DNA of 63,917 nt, filler included, from Psammoneis japonica (lineage: Eukaryota): the NCBI GenBank assembly GCA_008632985.1. It is 3 parts of 3 records of this genome, joined end to end, with 100 filler letters (N's around TTAATTAATTAA, not from the genome) between each part and the next. Parts side by side here need not be neighbours in the genome. Positions count along the whole stretch, not along the records: positions 1 to 26,945 come from QPGO01000420.1; 2 more parts are not named here. One strand, 5' to 3'. Below the pieces are notes generated by a model. That model saw nothing but the letters and a program-made list of their open reading frames with translations, was not told the origin of the DNA and did no database searches. Of the stretch, positions 13,630 through 26,945 are shown piece after piece; within the stretch, counting starts at the first letter, position 1; the number at the start of each line of letters is the position of its first letter. A program made the translations under genes and the position numbers.

Positions 13630-15680
13630 TTTTTAAAACAACATGAGTTTGCCTTGAATTCTGCGCAAGAACGCACTGACGGAAGCAAACCAACCCGATT
13701 CCATGTGCAGGAGAACAGCATCTGCACCCCACAAGAAGCTCGTGCCTGTCCCCAAGTTCAGTTGGATCCATGAGACTGCAATGTGCAGCAATTTGTGGGG
13801 TTGATCCTCTCCCAGATGAAAATGTGTGACACCTCTGGAGTGCTTGAGCAGCACCCACAATTGAGCAACTCCATTTTTGATGTCTGGCGGTCAAAACCTG
13901 CCACCGCCAATCCAGCACCACCGGCAAAGAAGAGAAAGAAAAATGAGACTGATGCTTCAGGCAGTGTTGAAGAGAATGGGCACACAGGCAGTGCATGGTG
14001 CGCTGAAACCAGAAGTGGAGAAGGTGGCTGGAAATGATCTCTTTTCACAGGTGAAGTTTCTCAGTCCATCAGAATTGGCAAGCAGTGGGAGCGTCTCAAT
14101 GTTTGTCAAGAAACAGATTGCTGGTGGCAACGTGGACACTTCAAATTGGTCAGGAACTTGGGAGGAATGGGCAAAAGAGGCGGCAAAAAGGCAAGTTGAC
14201 AATCTCAGAAACACGGTGTGCTCGGCTGTTGGGGCGGAGGCAATGGCCCGCAAGTTGGGTGACCAATGTGTGTGGCTCAAGAGTTGCGCGCATCTCACAA
14301 GAAGATGACGGTGATGCTTTGTCTGTGCAGGCGTTGTCGCCAAGGAAGAGGGAAAGGAAAAAGAAAAGAAACTCAAGGCGGCAGTCAAGAGGAAAAAGCA
14401 AGGCAGGAAAAAGTCAAGCCGTGACAAGAATGAAAAGAAAGACATCCCGATTGTGCCGACATGGGATCTGCTTGGCCCAGACACTGTCACCGGCAGCAAA
14501 CGAAGGAACAAGCAGGCATGCAAGTGGTTCTGTGATCACACCCCTGTTTGCAAAAATTGACAAACCAAGGATTGTGTGGCAATGCAATCATGGATTGGCA
14601 CATGGCAACAAGGTGGAGGCAGAAATGGCGATGTGGGCACAGTGAAAAATGGCGCACATGATTCTCAACAAGTTGTCGCGACATTGGCACAGCAAACTTG
14701 CAACCAGAGGTTGGCCTGTCATTGTGTGACAACAATTTTTTGCAACATTTTGACAAATTGCCATCATGCAAATCCACACATTTTTAACGTTTCGTGCACT
14801 CTGATGCGTGTGTTGTGCACAGCATCATCGCACAGCATTTGTCCAACTCTCCCTCTCATCGCAGGATGGGTTGTCGCCATGTGGTGCATCTGCACAGCGG
14901 ACTTGCGAATTTGACCATGCACTCCCTCTGTCAGGCAGGATGGGTTGGTGCCATGTGGCGCATCCGGCCAAGGGAGGAGTGGGTTCGAAGCCCAGCCGCC
15001 CACCCCGGATGGGGTTGGAAAGGGGCAGGCCGAGAAAGAAAAGGAGGCTTGGATTTGAGGCCGATTCGAGCCAGCGACCTCAGGAAGCGCAAAGACTCAC
15101 AACCACTCAGAACGCTGCACACTGCCCTGGTGAGTGCAGGAGGTTCTCAACAACCCAACAGGCAAAGAAGCTGCCACTCGGCTGGCTGTTGAGTCCCTTC
15201 TCCGCGCACACATTTGGGCGTGTGTTGTGCGCAGCATCGTCACACAGCATTTGTCCAACTCTCCCTCTCGTCGCAGGATGGGTTGTCACCATGTGGCGCA
15301 TCCGCACGGAGGACTCACGAATTTGGCCATGCACTCCCCATGTTGGGCAGGATGGGCCAGCGCCATGTGGCACATCCGGCCAAGGGAGGAGTGGGCTCGA
15401 AGCCCAGCTGCCCACCCTGGATGGGGTTGGAAAGGGGTGGGCTGAAAAAGAAAAGGAGGCTTGGATTTGAGGCCGATTCAAGCCAGCGACCTCAGGAAGC
15501 GCAAAGACTCACAACCACTCAGAACACTGCACAATGTCCTGGCGAGTGCAGGAGGTTCTCAACAACCCAAGAGGCAAAGAAGTTGCCACTCGGCCAGCAG
15601 TTGAGCCCCTTCTCTGCACACACATTCAGGCATGTGTTGTGCACAGCATTGTCAGACAGCACTTGTCCAACTGAACATGT
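13630..15680 (+). repeat. Dispersed repeat family A: degenerate ORF region followed by a 412-bp tandem unit
   Basis: TGTGTTGTGC recurs at 14809, 15221 and 15633 (period 412); 13955-15330 is the reverse complement of about 23315-24688. Confidence 0.88.
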
Positions 15681-18265
15681 CCTTTCCTTTGAGCCAATGA
15701 GCCCTTTTCCTTGAAAAGACATGTTTGTTTTCCTTGAAAAGACATGTTTGTTTTCTCTGAAAAGACATGTTTGTTTTCCTTGAAACAACATGTTTGTTTT
15801 CCTTGAAATGACATGTTTGTTTTCCTTGAAACGACATGTTTGTTTTTCTTCAAACGACATGTTTGTTTTCCTTGAAACCACATGTTCGTTTTCCTTGAAA
15901 CGACATGTTTGTTTTCCTTGAAAAGACATGTTTGTTTTCCTTGAAACGACATGTTTGTTTTTCTTTAAATGACATGTTTGTTTTCCTTGAAACCACATGT
16001 TCGTTTTCCTTGAAATGACACGTTTGTTTTCCTTGAAAAGACATGTTTGTTTTCTTTGAAACGACATGTTTGTTTTTTTTGAAACGACATGTTTGTTTTC
16101 CTTGAAAAGACATGTTTGTTTTCTCTGAAACCACATGTTTGTTTTCCCTGAAACGACACATTTGTTTTCCTTGAAAAGACATGTTTGTTTTCCTTTAAAA
16201 AACATGTTTGTTTTCCTTGAAACGACATGTTTGTTTTCCTTGAAAAGACATGTTTGTTTTCCTTGAAACCACATGTTTGTTTTCCTTGAAAAGACATGCT
16301 TGTTTTCCTTGAAACAACATGTTTGTTTTCCTTGAAACAACATGTTTGTTTTCTCTTTCTCTTCTTTGCCAGCGGTGCTGGAGACGACATCTTGATCTTT
16401 TCACAGCAGGCCTGTTCCAGCTCCAGGTGCTCCGCGCGGGTTCGATTCCCGTCATTTGGAAATTTGTGCATTTGGCGCAATTGACTTTTTCCAAATCCGT
16501 TTTTTGCCAAACATGTCTTTTCAGATAAAACAAACGTGTCATTTCAAGAAAAACAAACATGTGGTTTTAAGGAAAACAAACGTGTCATTTCAAGGAAAAC
16601 AAACATGTCTTTTCAAGGAAAACAAACGTGTCGTTTCAAGGAAAACAAATGTGTCTTTTCAAGGAAAACAAACACGTCTTTTCAATGAAAACAAACATGT
16701 CGTTTCAAGGAAAACAAACATGTTTTTTCAAGGAAAACAAACATGTCTTGAAAACAAACATGTCATTTCAAGGAAAACAAACACGTGTTTTCAGTGAAAA
16801 CAAATGTGTCGTTTCAAGGAAAACAAAAGTGTCTTTTCAAGGAAAACAAACATGTCGTTTCAAGGAAAACAAACACGTCGTTTCAAAGAAAACAAACATG
16901 CCAAGGAAAACAAACATGCCATTTCAAGGAAAACAAATGTGTCTTTTCAAGGAAAACAAACATGCCATTTCAAGGAAAACAAATGTGTCTTTTCAAGGAA
17001 AACAAACATGTCGTTTCAAGGAAAACAAACATGTCGTTTCAAGGAAATCAAACATGTCGTTTCAAGGAAATCAAACATGTCGTTTCAAGGAAAACAAACA
17101 TGTCGTTTCAAGGAAAACAAACACGCCGTTTCAAAGAAAACAAACATGCCATTTCAAGGAAAACAATCATGTTGTTTCAAGGAAAACAAATGTGTGTTTT
17201 CAAGGAAAACAAACATGTCGTTTCAAGGAAAACAAACGTGCCATTTCAAGGAAAACAAACATGTTGTTTCAAGGAAAACAAATGTGTCTTTTCAAGGAAA
17301 ACAAACATGTCGTTTCAAGGAAAACAAACATGTTTTTTCAAGGAAAACAAACATGTCTTGAAAACAAACATGTCATTTCAAGGAAAACAAACACATGTTT
17401 TCAGTGAAAACAAACGCGTCGTTTCAAGGAAAACAAGTGTGTCTTTTCAAGGAAAACAAACATGTCGTTTCAAGGAAAACAAACATGTTGTTTCAAGGAA
17501 AACAAATGTGTCTTTTCAAGGAAAACAAACATGTCGTTTCAAGGAAAACAGACATGTCGTTTCAAGGAAATCAAACATGTCTTTTCAATGAAAACAAACA
17601 TGTCGTTTCAAGGAAAACAAACACGTTGTTTCAAAGAAAACAAACATGCCATTTCAAGGAAAACAATCATGTTGTTTCAAGGAAAACAAATGTGTGTTTT
17701 CAAGGAAAACAAACATGTTGTTTCAAGGAAAACAAACGTGTCATTTCAAGGAAAACAAACATGTCTTTTCAGAGAAAACAAACATGTCTTTTCAAGGAAA
17801 AGGGCTCATTGGCTCAACAGTCTCATTTTTCTTTCTCTTCGTTGCCATCGGTGCTGGAGACGACATCTTGATCTTTTCACAGCAGGCCTGTTCCAGCTCC
17901 AGGTGCTCCGCGCGGGTTCGATTCCCGTCATTTGGAAATTTGTGCATTTGGCGCAATTGACTTTTTCCAAATCCGTTTTTTGCCAAACATGTCTTTTCAG
18001 ATGAAACAAACGTGTCATTTCAAGAAAAACAAACATGTGGTTTCAAGGAAAACAAACGTGTCATTTCAAGGAAAACAAACATGTGGTTTCAAGGAAAACA
18101 AACATGTCTTTTCAAGGAAAACAAACGTGTCGTTTCAAGGAAAACAAACATGTCTTTTCAAGGAAAACAAACATGTCTTTTCAAGGAAAACAAACATGTC
18201 TTTTCAAGGAAAACAAACATGTCTTTTCAAGGAAAACATGTTTGTTTTCCTTGAAAAGACATGTT
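15681..18265. repeat. 23-bp satellite arrays interleaved with family A fragments (about 16352-16510 and 17800-17985)
   Basis: - orientation to about 16352, then + orientation; the two islands match each other and 24695-24878. Confidence 0.92.
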
Positions 18266-18711
18266 CAGCTGGACAAATGCTGTGCGACGATGCTGTGCAC
18301 AGCACATGCCTGAATGTGTGCTGTGCTTCCTGAGGTTGCTGGCTCGAATTGGCCTCAAATCGAAGCCTCCTTTTCTTTCTTGGCCTGCCCCTTTCCAACC
18401 CCATCCGGGGTGGGCAGCTGGGCTTCGAACCCACTCCTCCCTTGGCCGGATGCGCCACATGGCACCAACCCATCCTGCCTGACAGAGGGAGTGCATGGTC
18501 AAATTTGCAAGTCCGCTGCGCAGATGCGCCACATGGAGACAACCCATCCTGCGATGAGAGGGAGAGTTGGACAAATGCTGTGTGATGATGCTGTGCACAA
18601 CACATGCATCAGAGTGCACGAAATGTCAAAAATGTGTGGATTTGCATTTCAAGGAAAACAAGCACGTGGTTTCAAGGAAAACAAACGTGTCATTTCAAGG
18701 AAAACAAACAT

Positions 18712-19545
18712 CCCTTGGATGGGAACCTTCTGCTGATGCCATGGCGCAAAATGAGGAAGAGCGCGCATGCGTCAGTGTGTGCCAAGGACCGTCAAAGTCC
18801 GGCTGCATCACTGCTTGGCTGCTCAGGCCAGTGTCTCTCACAATGACATTGGGGGAGACCGGCCACATGAACGGAACAATCTGGACGTCCACCCCTCATG
18901 TCCTCCTGCTTGGCGGCACCATGAGTTGGACACCTGGACGAGGTGCTCCACATCTTTGCATGCTTGAAGGCTCGCTCTGAGTCTGCGCCAGTGTTCGACG
19001 ACACTGAGCCCATCTTTGATGAGAGTCGCTTTGCCAAGTGTGATTGGGAAGAATGTCGCCCTGGCGCGGCTGAGCCAATGCAGCCAAATGTGCCAGAGGC
19101 ACGCGGGAACAGCGTGACCACTGCTTGCTTTGTCGGCACTGATCACGCCGGATGCCGTGTGACGCGCAGGTCCCACACTGGGATCCTGACATTTGTCCAA
19201 CAAGCACCCATCTTGCATTGCTCCAAGCGGCAGAATGCCACAGAGTCCTCTGCTTTTGGGTCAGAGTTCGTGGCTGTGAAGACTGCAGTGGAGCAAATCG
19301 AAGCCTTGCGCTGCAAGCTTCGGATGCTCAGAATCCCCATGGATGGGGCCGCTGATGTTTTCTGCGACAATGAAGCTGTCTTCAAGAACTCAACCAAACC
19401 GGAGTCCACTTTGAAGAAGAAGCACAATGCAGCCGCCTGTCACAGGACTCGCGAGGCACAAGCCGCTGGAACAGTGCGCATTGCTTGGGAAGACGGGCAC
19501 ACAAATCTGGCAGACGCGCTGACCAAGTTGTTGAGGTCCGGGAAA
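18712..19545 (+). mobile_element. Ty1/copia fragments: partial copy of about 10055-10345 joined to RT-end/RNase H
   Basis: DHAGCRVTRRSHTG, SKRQNATESSAFGSEFVA, FCDNEAV, KKKHNAAACHRTREAQAAG and NLADALTK are Copia RNase H motifs; no Tyr in the 259-aa ORF. Confidence 0.9.
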
Positions 19546-19906
19546 TCACAAGTCACATCCTGTGGTGAGCCCCAAAAGGGGACAAACCAAACGGGTTTGC
19601 CACGCAGGTGCGGCACTTCCCACCCCCAAAATGTGGCTGCTGCCCTGGAGTGGGGCGGCACCAGGTTGCATTTGTCTGTCGATCTGACCCAAGCAGAGCC
19701 AGCGTCAGTTCAAGGGGGCTGAATGAGTGCTGATGTGCTGTCACAAATGCAGGCAGTTTGTGTGCCATTGGCGATTGGTTCACTGTTGCTCAATCAGCGG
19801 CCACAGCAGCACAACATCCCACAATTCTAGAACCTGTTGATGCCGTTCAACGATCTCTGTCTTGTCTTGCACCCAATTCTCAGCTGTCATGGCAGTGTTT
19901 GATCAG

Positions 19907-22900
19907 TTTCAAGGAAAACAAACATGTGTTTTCAAAGAAAAAAAACACGTGGTTTCAAGGAAAACAAACATGTTGTTTCAGGGAAAACAAACATGTCTTT
20001 TCAAGAAAAACAAACATGTCTTTTCAAGGAAAACAAACATGGTTTTTCAAAGAAAACAAACATGTCTTTTCAAGGAAAACAAATGTGTCATTTCAGGGAA
20101 AACAAACATGTGGTTTCAGGGAAAACAGTCATGTCTTTTCAAGGAAAACAAACGTGCATTTTCAAGAAAAACAAACATGTCATTTCAAAGAAAACAAACA
20201 TGTCTCTTCAAGGAAAACAACGTGTGTTTCAAGGAAAACAAACATGTGGTTTCAAGGAAAACAAACATGTGGTTTCAAGCAAAACAAACATGTCTTTTCA
20301 AAGAAAACAAACATGTCATTTCAAGGAAAACAAACATGTCTTTTCAAGGAAAACAAACATGTCTTTTCAAGGAAAAAAACATGTTGTTTCAAGGAAAACA
20401 ACATTTCTTGAAAACAAACATGTCTTTTCAAGGAAAACAAACGTGCCGTTTAAAGGAAAACAAACGTTTTGTTTCAAAGAAAACAAATGTGTCTTTTCAA
20501 GGAAAACAAACATGTCTTTTCAATGAAAACAAACACGTCATTTCAAGGAAAACAAACATGTCGTTTCAAGGAAAACAAACATGTGTTTTCAAGGAAAACA
20601 AACACGTGGTTTCAAGGAAAACAAACATGTCGTTTCATGGAAAACAAACATGTCTTTTCAAGGAAAACAAACATGTTGTTTCAAGGAAAACAAACATGTC
20701 TTGAAAACAAACATGTCTTTTCAAGGAAAACAAACATGTCGTTTGATGGAAAACAAACATGTCTTTTCAAGGAAAACAAACATGTTGTTTCAAGGAAAAC
20801 AAACATGTCTTGAAAACAAACGTGTCTTTTCAAGGAAAACAAACATGCCGTTTCAAGGAAAACAAACGTTTCGTTTCAAAGAAAACAAGTGTGTCTTTTC
20901 AAGGAAAACAAACATGTCTTTTCAATGAAAACAAACATGTCATTTCAAGGAAAACAAACATGTTGTTTCAAGGAAAACAAGCATGTTGTTTCAAGGAAAA
21001 CAAACATGTCGTTTCACAGAAAACAAACATGTTTTTTCAAAAAAAACAAACATGTTATTTCAAAGAAAACAAACATGTCTTTTCAAGGAAAACAAACATG
21101 TGGTTTCAAGGAAAACAAACATGTCTTTTCAAGCAAAACAAACATGTCTTTTCAAAGAAAACAAACGTGTCGTTTCAAGGAAAACAAACATGTGGTTTCA
21201 AGGAAAACAAACATGTCTTTTCAAGGAAAAAAAACATGTTGTTTCAAGGAAAACAAACATTTCTTGAAAACAAACATGTCTTTTCAAGGAAAACAAACGT
21301 GCCGTTTAAAGGAAAACAAACGTTTTGTTTCAAAAAAAACAAATGTGTCTTTTCAAGGAAAACAAACATGTCTTTTCAATGAAAACAAACACGTCATTTC
21401 AAGGAAAACAAACATGTCGTTTCAAGGAAAACAAACATGTGTTTTCAAGGAAAACAAACACGTGGTTTCAAGGAAAACAAACATGTCGTTTCATGGAAAA
21501 CAAACATGTCTTTTCAAGGAAAACAAACATGTTGTTTCAAGGAAAACAAACATGTCTTGAAAACAAACATGTCTTTTCAAGGAAAACAAACATGTCGTTT
21601 GATGGAAAACAAACATGTCTTTTCAAGGAAAACAAACATGTTGTTTCAAGGAAAACAAACATGTCTTGAAAACAAACGTGTCTTTTCAAGGAAAACAAAC
21701 ATGCCGTTTCAAGGAAAACAAACGTTTCGTTTCAAAGAAAACAAGTGTGTCTTTTCAAGGAAAACAAACATGTCTTTTCAATGAAATCAAACATGTCATT
21801 TCAAGGAAAACAAACATGTTGTTTCAAGGAAAACAAGCATGTTGTTTCAAGGAAAACAAACATGTCGTTTCACGGAAAACAAACATGTTTTTTCAAAAAA
21901 AACAAACATGTTGTTTCAAAGAAAACAAACATGTCTTTTCAAGGAAAACAAACATGTGGTTTCAAGGAAAACAAACATGTGGTTTCAAGGAAAACAAACA
22001 TGTCTTTTCAAGGAAAACAAACATGTCGTTTCAAGGAAAACAAACATGTGTTTTCAAGGAAAACAAACATGTGGTTTCAAGGAAAACAAACATGTCATTT
22101 CAGGGAAAACAAACATGTCATTTCAAGGAAAACAAACATGTCTTTTCAAGGAAAACAAACACGTCGTCTCAAGGAAAAGAAACATTTCTTTTCAAGGAAA
22201 ACAAATGTGTGTTTCTAAGGAAAACAAACATGTCTTTTCAATGAAAAAAAACATGTCGTTTCAAGAAAAACAAACATGTGTTTTCAAGAAAAACAAACAT
22301 GTGGTTTCAAAGAAACCAAACATGTCGTTTCAGGGAAAACAAACATGTTGTTTCAAGGAAAACAAACATGTCGTTTCACGGAAAACAAACATGTCTTTTC
22401 AAGGAAAACAAACGTGTCTTTTCAAGGAAAACAAACGTGTCTTTTCAAGGAAAACAAACGTGTCTTTTCAAGGAAAACAAACGTGTCATTTCAGGGAAAA
22501 CAAACATGTGGTTTCAAGAAAAACAAACATGTCTTTTCAAGGAAAACAAACATGTCTTTTCAAGAAAAACAAACATGTTGTTTCAAAGAAAACAAACATG
22601 TCTTTTCAAGGAAAACAAACGTGTCATTTCAAGGAAAACAAACATGTGGTTTCAAGGAAAACAAACGTGTCATTTCAAGGAAAACAAACATGTCTTTTCA
22701 AGGAAAACAAACATGTCGTTTCAAGGAAAACAAACATGTCATTTCAAGGAAATCAAACATGCGTTTTCAAGAAAAACAAACATGTGGTTTCAAAGACACC
22801 AAACATGTCGTTTCAGGGAAAACAAACATGTCGTTTCAAGGAAAACAAACATGTCTTTTCAAGGAAAACAAACATGTTTTTTCAAGGAAAACAAAGATGT

Positions 22901-23310
22901 CTTTTCAAAGAAAACAAATGTGTCGTTTCGGGGAAAACAAACATGTGGTTTCAGAGAAAACAAACATGTCTTTTCAAGGAAAACAAACAGCATCATTTCA
23001 AGGAAAACGAACATGTGGTTTCAAGGAAAACAAACATGTCTTTTAAAGAAAAACAAACATTTCGTTTCAAGGAAAACAAACATGTCTTTTCAAGGAAAAC
23101 AAACGTGTCGTTTCATGGAAAACGAACATGTGGTTTCAAGGAAAACAAACATGTTGTTTGAAGAAAAACAAACATGTCATTTCAAGGAAGACAAACGTGT
23201 CATTTCAAGGAAAACAAACATGTTGTTTCAAGGAAAACAAACGTGTCGTTTCAAGGAAAACAAACATGTCTTTTCAGAGAAAACAAACATGTCTTTTCAA
23301 GGAAAACATG
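19907..23310 (+). repeat. 23-bp satellite array with an 856-bp higher-order repeat
   Basis: Near-identical ORF pairs offset by 856 nt (20469/21325, 20581/21437, 20759/21615). Confidence 0.95.
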
Positions 23311-24880
23311 TTTGTGGCCAAATTCGTGAGTCCTCCGTGCGGATGCGCCACATGGTGACAACCCATCCTGCGACGAGAGGGAGAGTTGGACAAATGCTGT
23401 GTGACGATGCTGCGCACAACACACGCCCAAATGTGTGCGTGGAGAAGGCACTCAACAGCCAGCCGAGTGGCAACTTCTTTGCCTGTTGGGTTGTTGAGAA
23501 CCTCCTGCACTCGCCAGGGCAGTGTGCAGCACTCTGAGTGGTTGTGAGTCTTTGCGCTTCCTGAGGTCGCTGGCTTGAATTGGCCTCAAATCCAAGCCTC
23601 CTTTTCTTTCTCGGCCTGCCCCTTTCCAACCCCATCCGGGGTGGGCGGCTGGGCTTCGAACCCACTCCTCCCTTGGCCGGATGCGCCACATGGCACCAAC
23701 CCATCCTGCCTGACAGAGGGAGTGCATGGTCAAATTCGCAAGTCCGCTGTGCAGATGCGCCACATGGTGACAACCCATCCTGTGATGAGAGGGAGAGTTG
23801 GACAAATGCTGTGCAATGATGCTGTGCACAACACACGCATCAGAGTGCACGAAACGTTAAAAATGTGTGGATTTGCATGATGGCAATTTGTCAAAATGTT
23901 GCAAAAAATTGTTGTCGCACAATGACAGGCCAACCTCTGGTTGCAAGTTTGCTGTGCCAGTGTCGCAACAACTTGTTGAGAATCATGTGCGCCATTTTTC
24001 ACTGTGCCCACATCGCCATTTCTGCCTCCACCTTGTTGCCATGTGCCAATCCATGATTGCATTGCCGCACAATCCTTGGTTTGTCAATTTTTGCAAACAG
24101 GGGTGTGATCACAGAACCACTTGTACACCTGCTTGTTCCTTCGTTTGCTGCCAGCGACAGTGTCTGGGCCAAGTGGATCCCATGTCGGCACAATCGGGAT
24201 GTCTTTCTTTTCGTTCTTGTCACGGCTTGACTTTTTCCTGCCTTGCTTTTTCCTCTTGACTGCCGCCTTGAGTTTCTTTTCTTTTTCCTTTCCCTCTTCC
24301 TTGGCAACAACGCCTGCACAGACAAAGCATCACCGTCATCTTCTTGTGAGATGCGCGCAACTCTCGAGTCACACACATTGGTCACCCAACTTGCGGGCCA
24401 TTGCCTCCGCCCCAACAGCCGAACACACCGTGTTTCTGAGATTGTCAACTTGCCTTTTTGCCACCTCTTTTGCCCATTCCTCCCAGGTTCCTGACCAATT
24501 TTAAGTGTCCATGTTGCCACCAGCAATCTGTTTCTTGACAAACATTGAGACGCTCCCATTGCTTGCCAACTCTGATGGACTGAGAAACTTCACCTGTGAA
24601 AAGAGATCATTTCCAGCCACCTTCTCCACTTCTGGTTTCAGTGCACCGTGCGCTGCCTGCGTGCCCATTCTCTTCAACACTGCCTGAAGTCTCAGGCTCA
24701 TTGGCTCAACAGTCTCATTTTTCTTTCTCTTCTTTGCCGGTGGTGCTGGAGACGACATCTTGATCTTTTCACAGCAGGCCTGTTCCAGCTCCAGGTGCTC
24801 CGCGCGGGTTCGATTCCCATCATTTGGAAATTTGTGCATTTGGCGCAATTGACTTTTTCCAAATCCGTTTTTTGCCAAAT
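23311..24880 (-). repeat. Dispersed repeat family A, inverted copy
   Basis: Reverse complement of 13955-15330, plus the block seen at 16352-16510. Confidence 0.9.
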
Positions 24881-25149
24881 CAAAGGGTGAGTGTGCACTT
24901 CACATGCATTTTTGGGTGTACACTCACCTTTCGATTTTCGAAACGATCAAAATTGAAGGAGTCAATTGCGCTAAACTGCGCAGAAAATCGGCCTCTCGAG
25001 TGATGAAAAGCAGAGCACCTGGAGCTGGAACAGGCCAGCAACAATGAGAGGAGCACTGCTGTTCGACAGTGCAGCCGTCATTTGGGTCGTGTGGAGACAG
25101 CCAGCCACTCCATTTTTCTCCGCAACATTGAACAAACTGTTGTCAGCAA

Positions 25150-25420
25150 CCACGCTGCTGCAGTGCATCCTTGCTCCGAAGAGCGCGCACCAATGAGGAA
25201 TGTCCCCATTTGCGTGGCTGCTGCCATGTGGGTTGATCCAGCCAATGGACAGCCACGCCCACTGCCAGCTGACACCCTGCTGTGCCCCAGCCAACTGCGA
25301 GCAAGTGAGCTGACTGTCCACGACACCCCTCGCCAGTTTGACCCCAACAGCGTGCACTCTGTTGTTTTCCCTGACTTGAAAATCAGGGTGCTTTTGCGCG
25401 CGCAAGGTGAGTTGAGTGCC
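25150..25420 (+). mobile_element. Copia fragment homologous to about 9690-9960 (protease-adjacent)
   Basis: VHPCSEERAPMRNVPICVAAAMWVDPANGQPR...TLLCPSQL...VHDTPRQFDP aligns with the 9568-11061 ORF. Confidence 0.85.
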
Positions 25421-25467
25421 AGAGCGGGACTTGGGCCTGTCTGCAGAGAAGACTTCAATGTCAAGGT

Positions 25468-26060
25468 CAAACAAACATGTCTTGAAAACAAACATGTCTT
25501 TTCAAGGAAAGCAAACATGTCATTTCAAGGAAAACAAACACGTCGCTTCAAGGGAAAAAAATGTCTTTTCAAGGAAAACAAATGTGGCGTTTCAAGGAAA
25601 ACAAACATGTGGTTTCAATGAAAACAACCACGTCTTTTCTGGGAAAACAAGTGTGTCGTTTCAAGGAAAACAAGCATGTCTTTTCAAGGAAAACAAAGTC
25701 TTTTCAAGGAAAACAAACGTGTCATTTCAAAGAAAACAAACATGTGGTTTCAAGGAAAACAAACATGTCTTTTCAAGGAAAACAAACATGTCTTTTCAAG
25801 GAAAACAAATGTGTCATTTCAAGAAAAACAATCACGTCGTTTCAAGGAAAACAAACATGTCTTTTCAGGGAAAACAAACATGCCTTTTCAATGTAAACAA
25901 ACATGTCGTTTCAAGGAAAACAAACATGTCTTTTCAAGGAAAACAAACATGTCGTTTCAAGGAAAACAAACATGTTGTTTCAAGGGGGGAAAAAATGTCT
26001 TTTCAAGGACAACAAACATGTCGTTTCAAGGAAAACAAACATGTGTTTTCAAGGAAAACG
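25468..26060 (+). repeat. 23-bp satellite array (further short patch at 26616-26670)
   Basis: Tandem 23-mers. Confidence 0.93.
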
Positions 26061-26945
26061 TTAGATTGGACATTGGATGTTTGCCGCTTGAGACAGCACA
26101 GAGCCAACAGAGACAAAATTTGCCAGGGGCCCCACTCAAGATGGTGCCTGCCACTCAAGACTGGATGTTGAGCACTCGAGACACTGCAGTTCACCACTTG
26201 AGACGATGACAGATGCGCTCCAGGTCCAGGTGGGACCTCGCACTGCTGAGCTGTGACATCGACAGTTTTTTGAATCACGTCGCATGTTGCGCATGCAGAT
26301 TTCTGCGTGATTTTTTTGACATTTTTGGTCATTTTACGGTGCACTCATTGAGCGATCCGTCCAACAACTTTTGACATTTTTTGTTGCAGCAAGATTCTAC
26401 AATGTCTTGAGAGTCGCACAGGGCAGGCGCACCTGCAAAAACGTCAAGTGGCAAGAGGCACAATTGCACCACAAACTTGGCAGTTCATTTGATGTTGAAG
26501 ACAAACACACCCATTGGTCAAATTCTCACACTGCGGAGCTCGCACGCAGAATTCTGTGGGCCCAATGTCACACGGAGTCCCATCCAGGACTGGAACCCAT
26601 TGTTTTCAAGTGAGACAAATGTGTGGTTTCAAGGAAAACAAACATGTGGTTTCAAGGAAAACAAACATGTCAACGGGTTCCAGCCCCAGGTGGGACTTTT
26701 TGTGACATTTGCCCCGTGGAATTCTGCGAGCTCTGCAGTTCGCACTCTGGTTGATGGACACATTTGTCTTCAACATGAAAAAAACGGCCAAGTTTGTGGC
26801 ACATCTGTCCATGCAGTGCTCGAAGTTTTGGACAACACGCCTGCCCTGCGCCATTGTCAAGACACTCGAGAATGGCGCAGAAGAAAAAAATGTCAAAAGT
26901 TGGTCAATGCATGGCCTGACAATTGCTGTAAAATCACACAAAATT

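Noticed and set aside
418..26209. Long ORFs of FQGKQTCLFKENKHVVSRKTNMS repeats as real proteins
   Set aside because: They are translations of a 23-bp satellite that lacks stops on one strand; all three frames give the same cyclic peptide.
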